In this document: one piece after another, positions 49,239-59,687 of the stretch | Layout of the letters: each line of letters begins with the position of its first letter | Numbering within the stretch: the first letter of the stretch is position 1 | Source: a virus | IMG/VR virus record: IMGVR_UViG_3300047160_007578 | Span: 32,001-96,000 of that record | Reading direction: 5' to 3' (one strand) | Length of the DNA: 64,000 bases | The notes under the pieces: generated by a model | What the model saw: only the letters and a program-made list of their open reading frames with translations | Told to the model about the DNA's origin: nothing | Database searches by the model: none | Made by a program: the position numbers and the translations under genes

Positions 49239-49535
49239 TTACTTCCGGAATTGATCGTTGACCACTTCGGCTATTGCGAGCAACAGAATCGCGTTGTCCA
49301 TCTTGGACTGATAAACGTCGAAACCAGTCATCGGATTATCAGGGCCAGTCATTTCTTGACGAATAGCCAATTGAGCTTCCCGAATCATTTCGATCGCGCG
49401 GCTTTCGAGATACCGCGGATCGTCGATATGTTGTTCGATGATTATTGCGAGCGGTCCACCTTTCTTCGGATCGAATTTACACCTTGCCAACACCTTGCGG
49501 ATTTTGGTCACGGTGACCGTCTGTTTCCTCGCCAT
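49239..49535 (-). CDS. hypothetical protein
   Basis: tiles operon. Confidence 0.6.
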   Translation of the reverse strand: MARKQTVTVTKIRKVLARCKFDPKKGGPLAIIIEQHIDDPRYLESRAIEMIREAQLAIRQEMTGPDNPMTGFDVYQSKMDNAILLLAIAEVVNDQFRK

Positions 49536-49920
49536 TTGATACGTCCTTCGCTTTCTGTTTGATAAGCAGTTCCGAATAGTTCTTCAATATATCAACAAAG
49601 GCTTGCCGGCAAACTTTTGCCTGCTTCCTGAACATACGAACTTCGGGAAATTGATTGGCGCGTTGACCGTACTGGAGCAATCGATCCCACAGTTCGGGAC
49701 CGTTGGGAGAATTGTCCAGAGGCAACCGGAAAATCCGGTACAGTTCCGCGTATTCGTTCGCCCGGAATTGTGACAGATCGTCCCACAGTGCAGATAGCTG
49801 CACAGTATTGAAATTGCCGAGGCTATCAAACAGCCTTAGAAATAAGTCCTCTTTCAACTTCCCGTATTTCACCAGCACCGTTTCCATTTCCGTTTTCAGT
49901 TCCAGCAGTTGGGGTGTCAT
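49477..49920 (-). CDS. hypothetical protein
   Basis: tiles operon. Confidence 0.6.
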   Translation of the reverse strand: MTPQLLELKTEMETVLVKYGKLKEDLFLRLFDSLGNFNTVQLSALWDDLSQFRANEYAELYRIFRLPLDNSPNGPELWDRLLQYGQRANQFPEVRMFRKQAKVCRQAFVDILKNYSELLIKQKAKDVSNGEETDGHRDQNPQGVGKV

Positions 49921-50251
49921 CGTTTTCTTTCCGTGTCGCCTGAATACAACCTATTAGTTCCACGCGACTCATTGAAGAATAGTTGCGAATACTTTTATCC
50001 CGTGCTATTTCGCGCAGACAACGAACATCAAGTAATTCAAAGCTATTAGTTCGCTTTAGTACGCACTTTACCCAAAAAGCAATCGCTTCCCTATCACTGG
50101 ATTCGATATATTGAAGAACTTGCTTTCGCTCTTCCTCGCTGCAAAGGTCATACGCTGTCTGAAATGCCTGTTGCTCAACGAATCGAAAGACGTTGAGCAC
50201 AGACAAATACCTGGAATGCAACGAGCATCGCAAGTCAGCGAACAGCATCAC
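49826..50251 (-). CDS. protein with Rho N-terminal-like helical domain
   Basis: LREIARDKSIRNYSSMSRVELI. Confidence 0.6.
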   Translation of the reverse strand: MMLFADLRCSLHSRYLSVLNVFRFVEQQAFQTAYDLCSEEERKQVLQYIESSDREAIAFWVKCVLKRTNSFELLDVRCLREIARDKSIRNYSSMSRVELIGCIQATRKENDDTPTAGTENGNGNGAGEIREVERGLISKAV

Positions 50252-52917
50252 CTAGCCCTCCAGCCCTTTTTAATTGAATAGTCTATGTGTTCATCTTTGG
50301 ACATTAAACGCCAACTATATCCTTCGTATTTGTCTTGCTGCTTGGTCAAACAACGGTAAATCTGGTTAAAGTCCAATCCAAATTTCTTTACATCGAATCG
50401 GTTCTTGTAAGCATCAACGATTTGGTTTTGATCATTAATCGAAACGATACCATATCCCTTATCACCCCAATTGATTACATAGCTATCCCACGGCATTTTG
50501 ATAAGCGGGACCATCGGTCTAATAGCTTCAACTGCATCTTTTACCACTTTGGCTACCTTTTCAACATATTGTGGTTTGACCGGAGTAATGATCGAATCGT
50601 GGATATTAACAGGTTGAACGATCCATTCGTGTTCGCCCTTTGGTTGCAGATTCCAAACAGCCAATTGAACACGCTTGGTTGCCTCAGCACCAGTTCCTTG
50701 AATCACATGGTTCGCAGCCGCACGCTTATTGTGGCCTTGTACATTGAACGCCGCGGAATATATAGCTGAACAGGCCGCACCACCCGCAGTTTGAACCCTA
50801 TCAGTTCGTGTAACTTTCAGTTTGATATCTTTCATTGCCTTTGGCATTTTATTTGCTAGTTCAAACAATGCTTTGCAAATCATATTTTCTAAAGTAAAAT
50901 ATCGTTTGAAACCAAACAAGGTTTCCATGTAATCAGATGGTTGATGCCATTCTACTTTCGTCCCGCGTCCACCCGGCTGTCGCATGGATTGGAACATATC
51001 GACGACAACTTGCTGTGCCCGACCAACACCCTTGTACTTGCGATCAAATCTTCTATTTGCTTCCTCAGCTGCCTCTAATGGTATTCCAAGGCGATCTTGC
51101 ATTGTTCCAGCATCGCCGCCGTAGATTTTGAGGAAGACAGCTTGCTTTGATTTTGTGTACCTATCATCGTCCGTCTTTTCTGTCGCCTTGATTTCATCGT
51201 AAGTCATACCAGGGAAACAGAACATACCGAACAGAGCGTGAATCTTTTGGCCCTTATTGCTACCACACTTGGAACAGATATAGTCACATTTATTTTGATC
51301 AAAAATCATTTCAGACTTGCAAGACTCACAAGTCAACAAGTCCTTTTTCAATTCCGGATCGTTATAAACAGCTACCGCGATTGTTACCTCGAATGCGTCG
51401 AAGTCACCACCCGCTAGAACTTCATCGCCCCAAGTGAACAAAAATTGCATCTTTACTGCGAAGGTATTTTTGACAGCTTGAATGTTCAAACCGTCCGCAC
51501 CGCTCATGCGACCACTGAGTGTCCCGATCACTTTCAAGGACGCGTGAAGTCTTCCGGCCGCAATAATCTTGTCCCACAGTTCACGTTCCTTATCTGCCTT
51601 TCTTGCTAATACGATCTGCTCGCAGCGCACAGCCGCGGGGTGTTTAATAAATCCAGTCCCTTTACAAACCAGGCACTTATCGTGATCAATCCCGTTACTG
51701 TCTTTTTCCATGCATGGCAATTTCCATTCGCGTGCAATATACTCAAGTGTTACTTTCTTGGTGTTACCATGCTCTGAACTGAAAGCTAATTTCTCATTCT
51801 CATCGCAGACGGCCATGATGTAACGCTTAACATCAGCCGGGGCCGTAGGCAATGGAACTAGATCATTCTGAATTGGATCAAAAATCAATTTCCGCTTGAA
51901 TGATTCGTCGCGATGTTTTATCGCACCCGCTATATCCATCCGGTATCCGCGCCAACGCGAGCAAGCAACCATGATCGCCAACTCGCTATCCATATCCCCC
52001 ATATCAGCTTCAGTTATATTGAAGAACTTACACAAACCGCGAGTATAGACGATATCATCTTCCGCGTATTTCCGGGCCAACTCATTGTAGCCCCAATGTA
52101 TGATATGTTCTTTAATCAACGCGGGCCAAGTGTTCCGATACGGCCCTGCTCGTTTCCGTTCCTTGGATTTATTTTTGAGTTTTAATCGAATCGCCGCTTT
52201 AGCAAACGGAGCATAACCGAATTCGACAGGGAATAGCCGGGGCGATATGTCTCCGTATCGTAGTATCTGCTCATACGTTGCCAATCCAACATCGACAGCC
52301 AAAGCTTTCAAAGCGGAGCTTGGCTTGAACTTCAATACGATATCCTTCCAATCAGGATCAATCTCACCAAATGTATCTTTTCGATCCCGGACGTTCCACT
52401 TCGATTGGTTCTTATCTTTGCGCCTAGCGAAGTAAATGTCCTTTAGAGGAATCCGTTTCTCTAATTCTTCTGCCACCATCCAAGCAAGTGGTGTAGGAAC
52501 GCGTCTTAAGACTACGTCTTTCCTTTCCATTGTGCTCTGATAACTTGTCCTGCGTGCGTGCAGGAACAAGTCACATACTTTTTGTGGGCGTATCGTTGTC
52601 GGACAATCTCTGCCGGCTTCTTCCAGTTCGATTATTGTTTCGATATGATCTTCAGGATATGCGTCAGGATCAATCTCCATCAATTGCTTGATTATCGTGT
52701 ACCACTTAACCAGGTGGAACCAATCGAAAACCGCATTAAAGAATATTAATCCGTCCTTGTGATGAACGAATTTCATTATCAGTTCCCAAGACTCTTTTGC
52801 TGGAGAAGTCCAAGGAGAAAACAGATTGATTGGCCCATCGCCTTCCGCCCACTGGATCAGAACGACAAGCCCATGCAGTCCACACGTTTCTGTGTCAATA
52901 ACTATCGGACTGAACAT
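50248..52917 (-). CDS. polA: family A DNA polymerase with 3'-5' exonuclease
   Basis: Exo I IDTET, Exo II FNAVFD, Exo III YAEDD; GTLSGRMS, motif A GDFDAFEV, motif B RYTKSKQAVFLKIYG, motif C IHDS. Confidence 0.92.
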   Translation of the reverse strand: MFSPIVIDTETCGLHGLVVLIQWAEGDGPINLFSPWTSPAKESWELIMKFVHHKDGLIFFNAVFDWFHLVKWYTIIKQLMEIDPDAYPEDHIETIIELEEAGRDCPTTIRPQKVCDLFLHARRTSYQSTMERKDVVLRRVPTPLAWMVAEELEKRIPLKDIYFARRKDKNQSKWNVRDRKDTFGEIDPDWKDIVLKFKPSSALKALAVDVGLATYEQILRYGDISPRLFPVEFGYAPFAKAAIRLKLKNKSKERKRAGPYRNTWPALIKEHIIHWGYNELARKYAEDDIVYTRGLCKFFNITEADMGDMDSELAIMVACSRWRGYRMDIAGAIKHRDESFKRKLIFDPIQNDLVPLPTAPADVKRYIMAVCDENEKLAFSSEHGNTKKVTLEYIAREWKLPCMEKDSNGIDHDKCLVCKGTGFIKHPAAVRCEQIVLARKADKERELWDKIIAAGRLHASLKVIGTLSGRMSGADGLNIQAVKNTFAVKMQFLFTWGDEVLAGGDFDAFEVTIAVAVYNDPELKKDLLTCESCKSEMIFDQNKCDYICSKCGSNKGQKIHALFGMFCFPGMTYDEIKATEKTDDDRYTKSKQAVFLKIYGGDAGTMQDRLGIPLEAAEEANRRFDRKYKGVGRAQQVVVDMFQSMRQPGGRGTKVEWHQPSDYMETLFGFKRYFTLENMICKALFELANKMPKAMKDIKLKVTRTDRVQTAGGAACSAIYSAAFNVQGHNKRAAANHVIQGTGAEATKRVQLAVWNLQPKGEHEWIVQPVNIHDSIITPVKPQYVEKVAKVVKDAVEAIRPMVPLIKMPWDSYVINWGDKGYGIVSINDQNQIVDAYKNRFDVKKFGLDFNQIYRCLTKQQDKYEGYSWRLMSKDEHIDYSIKKGWRAR

Positions 52918-53092
52918 TTTAATAAATCCCTCCCGTTATGGTTTCTCACTAATCTTGGCATTGGAAATCAAATCTTGAATGTATTCATCCCGATCTATTT
53001 TAACGCCCCATTTAGGTTCGCGATCATCAAGGAATGCTAAGGAATCAATAATCAGTTGCCGATATTTTTCTCCGTAGGCTTGCACGAATTCT

Positions 53093-53389
53093 TCAACGCG
53101 TTGTCCAGACATCAGGTTTTACCTCCTTGACAAGTTTGCACTGTCTCAAGTGCCGGTGTGCGAGCGTTTCGCCTGAGGCTTCCGTTGCTCGCAATATGTG
53201 TTCGCCCCAGGCTTCATCGTCTTTGAAGTGCAGCTTTGCGTGCATCTTCACATATTGTTCCGTAGTGAAACACTGTGTATCGTTCCCGGCTAAAAGATTA
53301 TTAATCGTTTCTTTCTTATGCTCATTTAATAGCATTGGAGCTACTTCATTCCACAACTCATCAGGCGTCATGTCTTTGGCGAGCTTCAT
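53093..53389 (-). CDS. hypothetical protein
   Basis: ATGA overlap. Confidence 0.6.
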   Translation of the reverse strand: MKLAKDMTPDELWNEVAPMLLNEHKKETINNLLAGNDTQCFTTEQYVKMHAKLHFKDDEAWGEHILRATEASGETLAHRHLRQCKLVKEVKPDVWTTR

Positions 53390-53606
53390 TGGCGTAAATC
53401 CACTCGGTGGTTAAGTGACCATCCAAAAATATCATCCCACAAATAATCAGGAGCATTAGTCTTTTTGGGCGTTGCCAGTACCATTTTATTAGCAACTACT
53501 TTGTAAGTGAAATCATTCCATCTATTTGATGGCCAATCGGTTTTGGCTCGATTAATCAACCACTCGTCTGTCACCGTCTGTCCAAGATATTCAGCCATTA
53601 TTTCTC

Positions 53607-54008
53607 CTAATGGTCATGTTCATGCCGTTTTGATGGTGGTGCGTGATGAGGTTCACGATAATGATTACCTTTTATTTTGAACCACTCATTTATTTCATGA
53701 TGCTCAAAATCAACAATCATCACATAGAGTTGGTGCGAAAAAAATTCTTGCCACCTATCATCGACCAATTCCCAAATCGGAATCTTGATATCAGACGTGA
53801 CCTTAGTCGTCACCTTCGGATTATCAGAGTCCGCAGTAATAACCTCCAATCTGATTAATAATACATCCAAATCGGGGCTATCAACAAGCTCGAACTTATA
53901 ATTTGGCTTGTATGTGACATCCTTTAGGAATGCCCTTATCTTCCTCTTTGCTTCAAATAGGTGCATGATTACCTCTACAAACGGAGGCAGCGCGGCATCA
54001 GCGCACAA
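53607..54008 (-). CDS. hypothetical phage protein
   Basis: EHHEINEWFK...PH motif. Confidence 0.6.
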   Translation of the reverse strand: MCADAALPPFVEVIMHLFEAKRKIRAFLKDVTYKPNYKFELVDSPDLDVLLIRLEVITADSDNPKVTTKVTSDIKIPIWELVDDRWQEFFSHQLYVMIVDFEHHEINEWFKIKGNHYREPHHAPPSKRHEHDH

Positions 54009-54072
54009 CGCTGATCCGCGCCTCTTTTTGTCCCATCGTATCAGATCGGCGAATCACAGTGTGTCAGGTCGA

Positions 54073-54945
54073 TCACATCTTGTGAACCGCCATCAAATCA
54101 AGTACCTCAACTGGTGGACTGTATCTCAAGTGATTTTCTTTCGCGTATTCAACCAGATCGCGGTACAGATCAAGGTCACTGATTTCGCCGTTCGCCCATG
54201 CCAGAGCACGGGTTGCCAGATTCCCCTGTCCCATTTCTTCAATGATATGATCGATCATCTGGAAGATTTCTTCCGGATTCCGACGCTTCCGTTGCGTTGG
54301 CTTGGACTTCTTCTTCTTGATCACCGGAAGTCGTGTCTCGTTCCGAAGCTTCGCTTCCTTGATGGCCTTTGCCATCGTCATCTGTTCCGACGGGTCTTTG
54401 ATTTCAGAAAGATCATAAATCTGTCCCTGCGTCAAGAAGCCTGCCGCGGCTGCCTCTTGGATCGGTTCAGCCATCGAGAGCAAACCCATACGGATGACGA
54501 CCCACTTCTTGCCTTGTCCAGTGAGCCTAGCAATTTCGCCGATAGTGGCACCGAGTTTAATAAAACGATCGATACCGTGAGCTTCCTGCAATATATTCAA
54601 ATCCTGTCGTTGGATGTTCTCAACGAAATTGAGACCGAGAGCTTGAATCTCTGTCAAGCCCTCTCGAAGAATCGTGGGGATTGTTTCGCGCTCGAGATAC
54701 TCGTAAGCCGCGTATCGTCTGTGACCTACCACAACCTTGTATTTGTAGCCCGGAATATCGAACGGACGAACCGTGATCGGTTGAAGTAAACCCTGTGCCT
54801 CAATATCTTTTGCAAGCTCAACGATGCTTGCCGGATTAATCTCTCCGCGAATATTGAATTCCGGATCGGAAAAGATATCGGAAAGTAGAAAATGTTCTAC
54901 CTTCATATCCTTTTCATTTTCAGGAATGGCCACTGCGACGTTCAT
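54073..54945 (-). CDS. parB: ParB/Spo0J-like protein
   Basis: ELAKDI...GLLQPITVR, VVGHRRY (GxxR CTP motif), ENIQRQDL, HTH. Confidence 0.9.
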   Translation of the reverse strand: MNVAVAIPENEKDMKVEHFLLSDIFSDPEFNIRGEINPASIVELAKDIEAQGLLQPITVRPFDIPGYKYKVVVGHRRYAAYEYLERETIPTILREGLTEIQALGLNFVENIQRQDLNILQEAHGIDRFIKLGATIGEIARLTGQGKKWVVIRMGLLSMAEPIQEAAAAGFLTQGQIYDLSEIKDPSEQMTMAKAIKEAKLRNETRLPVIKKKKSKPTQRKRRNPEEIFQMIDHIIEEMGQGNLATRALAWANGEISDLDLYRDLVEYAKENHLRYSPPVEVLDLMAVHKM

Positions 54946-55226
54946 TGAAACCTCTGGTTTGATTTTGATTATAAATCTTCTTCGCCACCGAGACGCTCGT
55001 ATGCTTCGTTAATCAAAGCGTTCCAGTAATCGTCGTAGCAAGTAAGTGTTTTCTTGAATTGGTGGAACTCATCGTTCCCAAATAAATCTTGTTGCTCATC
55101 CATCAAGCGTTTCAATTCATCGCTACGCTTGCGGGACACGCAATCTCGAAATTCATCCCAATATTGACGATACAGGCGATGGTGCTCAGGTTCATCCATC
55201 TTGCCCCCCCTTCGCTTTGATTAATA

Positions 55227-55264
55227 GTCTCGGGCAGCCTCTCGTGCCAGCGACTACCCGAGAC
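55227..55264 (-). terminator. intergenic hairpin
   Basis: minus strand GTCTCGGGTAGTC...GGCTGCCCGAGAC 13-bp stem with G-U pairs. Confidence 0.5.
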
Positions 55265-55290
55265 CGGTCCCCATGCGGACCTGTTAATAC

Positions 55291-55554
55291 TTACCGCTCG
55301 AAAGCCTCCTCTTTTAGTTTCCGATAATTAGCAATGTCATCCTTGAATTGATTTTCACGGAGTCCTTCTACCCATTGCTCTGGAGCATCCGGACCACCTT
55401 CGAGCAAGTGGACGATGATGTGGCGATGATGTTTTATCTCATACTCGTATTCAACGTTCTTGAACGCCTCTGCTTTTAATTTACCCAAATAATAACCACC
55501 GACGAATGTCAACATCATACAGAAAAACACTGTGACAAGTTGATTTGATTTCAT
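55291..55554 (-). CDS. small membrane-anchored protein
   Basis: N-terminal TM. Confidence 0.6.
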   Translation of the reverse strand: MKSNQLVTVFFCMMLTFVGGYYLGKLKAEAFKNVEYEYEIKHHRHIIVHLLEGGPDAPEQWVEGLRENQFKDDIANYRKLKEEAFER

Positions 55555-55871
55555 TAGTTTGCCATCCTATCACAGAGAGCTACTATTTTTGGATTGAGTC
55601 GAATCATATCTTCGCGAGTACCAATGTCAATCATATTACCAATTCGCTTGACGAACGCATACATTTCCCCTGTCGGGACATGAATGTGTATTTTGGTCAG
55701 ACCTTCCTTGAAATCATCCTGATGTTGACCTACTAGATTAAGAATCGCATCGTTATCAAGTCCGGACTTTTCTCTCAAATCGCTACCGATACCAACATCG
55801 AGAACATCATTTTGTGCAGCCATCGCTGCCCGGAATTGAAACGCTGCTGAGTCGATTCTTTCCGGTTCCAC
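55554..55871 (-). CDS. hypothetical protein
   Basis: stop/start coupling. Confidence 0.6.
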   Translation of the reverse strand: MEPERIDSAAFQFRAAMAAQNDVLDVGIGSDLREKSGLDNDAILNLVGQHQDDFKEGLTKIHIHVPTGEMYAFVKRIGNMIDIGTREDMIRLNPKIVALCDRMAN

Positions 55872-56125
55872 TATTTTGGCCCTCCGTTCTTTACCATTTC
55901 AATCGTATCAATGCCGAACGCGGCTTTCATGAATCGACTCGCGGCACGATTGGCGGCGACACGCTCCATGCCTTCGTCAACAGAACACATCGCGATATTG
56001 CAGTGCCACGACCACGCATAGGCGGGATCATCGGCGAACACTTTGCTGAGCACCGCAAGAGCTTCTTTCGGAGTGTTCATTTTAATAGATTCCTGATCAA
56101 TAATCATTCCGGAAAATTGAGACAC
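55871..56125 (-). CDS. hypothetical phage protein
   Basis: DPAYAWSWHCNIAM motif. Confidence 0.65.
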   Translation of the reverse strand: MSQFSGMIIDQESIKMNTPKEALAVLSKVFADDPAYAWSWHCNIAMCSVDEGMERVAANRAASRFMKAAFGIDTIEMVKNGGPK

Positions 56126-56592
56126 GCAAACTCGCCAAAATATTTCTTTGCCGCCCTGTCGTAAGCTCTCGCTGCTTCCTCTTCAGTATTAAAGGAACCC
56201 AGATATTTTGACTTACCGTTAAGTCGAATCTGAGCACACCATGTTCCACTTTTCTTGTAGTAATGAACACCTTTATAATCGCTATATTTCTTTCTACTTT
56301 GTGCTCTTCGATTTTGACAAGTATGAGCAGTTGTAGCTTCTCTCAGATTTTCTCGCGTACAGTTAAAAGGCTGTTGATCTTTATGATCAATATCTTTTTC
56401 TTTTGACAATCTCATTCTGTTCGCGATAAATCGGTGCAGATACTGCTTTCGATATTTTCCATCAATTTTTATATCGCGAAAAGCATAACCTTTACCATTA
56501 CTGTGCCAAAGAAAAGCCTTAACAGCTACTTCGTCTTCAACACTAACATAATGAAAATCATCACCTGTTACAGAAATACGAGCAACAGTCAT
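56104..56592 (-). CDS. HNH-AP2 homing endonuclease
   Basis: YLHRFI, IDHKD...NCTRENLR; AP2 YKGV..WCAQI..YLGSFNTEEEAARAYD; AT-rich relative to flanks. Confidence 0.9.
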   Translation of the reverse strand: MTVARISVTGDDFHYVSVEDEVAVKAFLWHSNGKGYAFRDIKIDGKYRKQYLHRFIANRMRLSKEKDIDHKDQQPFNCTRENLREATTAHTCQNRRAQSRKKYSDYKGVHYYKKSGTWCAQIRLNGKSKYLGSFNTEEEAARAYDRAAKKYFGEFACLNFPE

Positions 56593-58652
56593 ATTGCACG
56601 CTCATACTCAATTTCCACTTTATTCATTACTGTTTGAAGTTGTCCGAGACTCATGTTCATCAGATTAATCTTACGAATATGACTTTCCAACACAACTTCA
56701 TCTTGCGGTAAATGCACCAAGTCTATTATTTGACAGCCACGATTGTGATCTGCTCCAGGACGATGTATTCGATCAATTGCTTGCGCTCTATCTTCAGCGC
56801 GAAACGAATTAGAGTAGAATACTTCAGCCGACGAAGCTGTTAAATTTAGCCCCATTCCACCTGCCCCAGGATTACCAACAAAAACTACCTTAGGAAAATC
56901 ATTCGTATTATCAAATAGTTGGAGCATCCGAACTCCAAACTCTTTCGTAATCACTACTTCCATTTTAGTCATAATATCAGGACTTGCCCACCAACCACGA
57001 CCATCCAATCTAATAACAGACCAACCATTTTTAATACACGTATCAACATTACGGTCAACGCTATCGGAAAATGCGGCCCAGATTATAAATCGTCCTTCGT
57101 CTGAAAATTGATCAAGCAAATCAGCAATGACCTGATCCTTCGGGCATTCGACGCGAGTAGCAATGCGAGAGTAATGAACAACCGTGCCCTTCTTTCCGCA
57201 TTGGGGACAGTCGATTTCCTTTTCACCGATATTGAGTGGTTCTTCCTTGTAGCCAGTTACGATGTTCTTTTCTTCGTCCCATATTGCTCGATGACCGCGA
57301 GCCAGCGATTCACCATCCAGAGGATTGGTCGGATCATCCAAATCGACGTTCATTTTGATTATTAATCGTCCCTCACAGGTCGGGCAAGTTTCCTCGCCAT
57401 CGGGGACTTCCTGATATTGGAAACCATCAGATAATTCGCGATTAAGAGTCAGTGCCTTGATTGCGGAACGTGCCGTTTTCGTTATCAGATTGGAAGCCCG
57501 CAACACACTCGGTGTTGGCTTGCACTTGATTATCTTGAATACTTTTTCCGGCAAGTCCAATAGGTCTTTCTTGAACTTGACCAGTACCAGACCCTTCAAT
57601 CGTTCGTACAGATACGCAACTTCGTTTACTGATTTCTGGTATGGATGATACCATGACTCGCACATATTAATGTGATCGTGGTCGGGATCGTCCTGGAACT
57701 TCCCGCATACTTTACATTTATTTTCATCGTCCCACCAGGTAACGAGTTTCGGAAAGCTCCCGCCGGTGGAACTCTCGTATTGTTTGATCAGCGCGAGTCG
57801 ATTTTTGAACTTAACCAGATTCCCTTCCTTTAGAAATCCCGGACAAGCTATCTCACATAACGACCACCAGTCCGATGGGTCTTTCGGTGCTGGCGTGCCA
57901 GTCATCAGAATGATTAATGATTCGCGACCATATAGATGACGCATCCTATCAGCGATGATTTGAATTGCCTGAGTCCGCTGAGCAGTAGGAGTCTTGAGCC
58001 GACTTGCCTCGTCGCACACTAGAACCCGCGGCAGAATGATTTGATCGAGCTTATCTACAAATGACCGTATTGCCTCGTAGGTAAAGAACAGTGGCACTGT
58101 CCCAGCTTGCCACTTGACGAATTCATATTTCACCGAATCCAACGCAGATCGCGGTCCAGCCCACATACATTCTTCGGGCTTGAATCGCAGGACGTTTATT
58201 GCGTACTCAAGCGCTTCAATAGACGCCAGAGTCTTACCAACACCCATTTCCTCAGCAACAATGCAATGTCGCCGAGTTAGCTCGAATGCCGTCGTTTCGA
58301 CTTGATGGTTGTACGGTGGCGGATTAGTTCGGTAGGAATTATATTCGACCAGTGGCGTGTCATATGGGGCATACGGGTTCAACCCCATCAGATACGCTAA
58401 CTGGAAATGATTGCGAGGAGTGTCACTGACTACCCAAACCTTGCGTGGCTTCTCTTCATCGAAACCGAGCCAGCGTGCTCCCTCCATCGCTTTGACTTCA
58501 TCTTTCAATCTGGCGTTGAAACCAAATTGGATTAATAATCGAGAATAGCCGTGAATCTGTTCGCGAACTATCACGGCTGGCATCGTTCGCGTCCGTCCGT
58601 CAGAGACATACTGAAAACGAACATGCCCTGTCGGAATGTTAATAAGTGGCAT
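56589..58652 (-). CDS. SNF2-family (SF2) helicase/ATPase
   Basis: PYNHQ, EMGVGKT, DEAS, MTGTP, GGMGLNL, QAIDRIHR. Confidence 0.92.
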   Translation of the reverse strand: MPLINIPTGHVRFQYVSDGRTRTMPAVIVREQIHGYSRLLIQFGFNARLKDEVKAMEGARWLGFDEEKPRKVWVVSDTPRNHFQLAYLMGLNPYAPYDTPLVEYNSYRTNPPPYNHQVETTAFELTRRHCIVAEEMGVGKTLASIEALEYAINVLRFKPEECMWAGPRSALDSVKYEFVKWQAGTVPLFFTYEAIRSFVDKLDQIILPRVLVCDEASRLKTPTAQRTQAIQIIADRMRHLYGRESLIILMTGTPAPKDPSDWWSLCEIACPGFLKEGNLVKFKNRLALIKQYESSTGGSFPKLVTWWDDENKCKVCGKFQDDPDHDHINMCESWYHPYQKSVNEVAYLYERLKGLVLVKFKKDLLDLPEKVFKIIKCKPTPSVLRASNLITKTARSAIKALTLNRELSDGFQYQEVPDGEETCPTCEGRLIIKMNVDLDDPTNPLDGESLARGHRAIWDEEKNIVTGYKEEPLNIGEKEIDCPQCGKKGTVVHYSRIATRVECPKDQVIADLLDQFSDEGRFIIWAAFSDSVDRNVDTCIKNGWSVIRLDGRGWWASPDIMTKMEVVITKEFGVRMLQLFDNTNDFPKVVFVGNPGAGGMGLNLTASSAEVFYSNSFRAEDRAQAIDRIHRPGADHNRGCQIIDLVHLPQDEVVLESHIRKINLMNMSLGQLQTVMNKVEIEYERAI

Positions 58653-58934
58653 TCACCCTCCGCGTCTGAGCACGGGAATCCCGTGCTCGATAAATTGGAC
58701 TGTCCCAATAAATCAAGCTGCTCCCACAAGATCATTGACTATTGCAACGAATTGATAAATCCGGTATCCATCCTCGCTATATCGTTCCGTTTGCCGATAG
58801 AGGTAATCGACACCATCCACATGAATAAGGATGGTATCACTGTGTCGCCCGAGTGGTAGAAATCGGCGGGTTCCGTCACGCGGGCCGAACCGAAACTCAA
58901 TGTACATGTTCGCCCCTCTCATAAATCGTAATCG

Positions 58935-58993
58935 TAGAATTATGATCTTTAATTGTGATCTAGAATTATGATCTAGAATTATGATCTTTAATC
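58935..58993. repeat. 13-bp tandem repeat x4.5
   Basis: TAGAATTATGATC / TTTAATTGTGATC / TAGAATTATGATC / TAGAATTATGATC / TTTAATC. Confidence 0.85.
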
Positions 58994-59118
58994 AAACAAA
59001 CGCCTCTTCCCTGTCCCTGCTTCGCGGCGTTTTCACTGGCTGTGTAATAGCACGAATACAGTTGCAATACTAAGGCCCACTGCTATGGGTATCGCTACCC
59101 ATAGCAGTGGACCGGCCA

Positions 59119-59331
59119 CTAACGGCAGCGACCGCCGGAACAGCCACCCCCATAGGAGAAGCCACCCGCGTAGGCGAAACCGCCCGCGTAGCCGCCACCG
59201 CACCCGCCACCGTAAACGACGGCGTGTCCACCACCGCGCCGGCCGCCGCCTCGACAGCCCCGAGCGTCCACGGTCTCCACGAAAAGCACAGAGCCAATAA
59301 GTGCAACGAGAGCCAAAGCCAGGAATCGCAT
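59119..59331 (-). CDS. small secreted Gly/Cys-rich peptide
   Basis: signal peptide then GGGCGGGYAGG...GGGCSGGRCR. Confidence 0.55.
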   Translation of the reverse strand: MRFLALALVALIGSVLFVETVDARGCRGGGRRGGGHAVVYGGGCGGGYAGGFAYAGGFSYGGGCSGGRCR

Positions 59332-59375
59332 AGCGTGTTCTCCGCGAGTGACCAGAACGATCAATGATCACGCGA

Positions 59376-59687
59376 TCACATCATCGCCCCGGTATGAATC
59401 AGAATTATGTTACTGTTAATTTCGATCGGTTTGATTTTGCCCTTATTTGCATCCTGCCAATCTTTTTCCGTAGAGAAGATGATATTATCCAGTTTGGTGG
59501 CGAGCCATTCGTAGAGCCAGGTGTCCACCGGATGACCCTGCTCGTTGTTCGCGAGATTGCCGTATTCACCGTGGCACTTCCAGAGATTCTTGAACTCGTC
59601 CGACATGGGATCAAGTTCAAGATCATAAATCGTGGTCGCCTCCGGCACCGCCTCGAAGATAACCAGAGCCCGAGTGAGAGTGTTCAC
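59376..59687 (-). CDS. hypothetical protein
   Basis: GTGA overlap. Confidence 0.6.
   Translation of the reverse strand: MNTLTRALVIFEAVPEATTIYDLELDPMSDEFKNLWKCHGEYGNLANNEQGHPVDTWLYEWLATKLDNIIFSTEKDWQDANKGKIKPIEINSNIILIHTGAMM

Noticed and set aside
50248-58652. Inteins in the polymerase or helicase
   Set aside because: The inserts are short and Cys-rich, with no HN-C/S/T splice junction or LAGLIDADG motifs seen.
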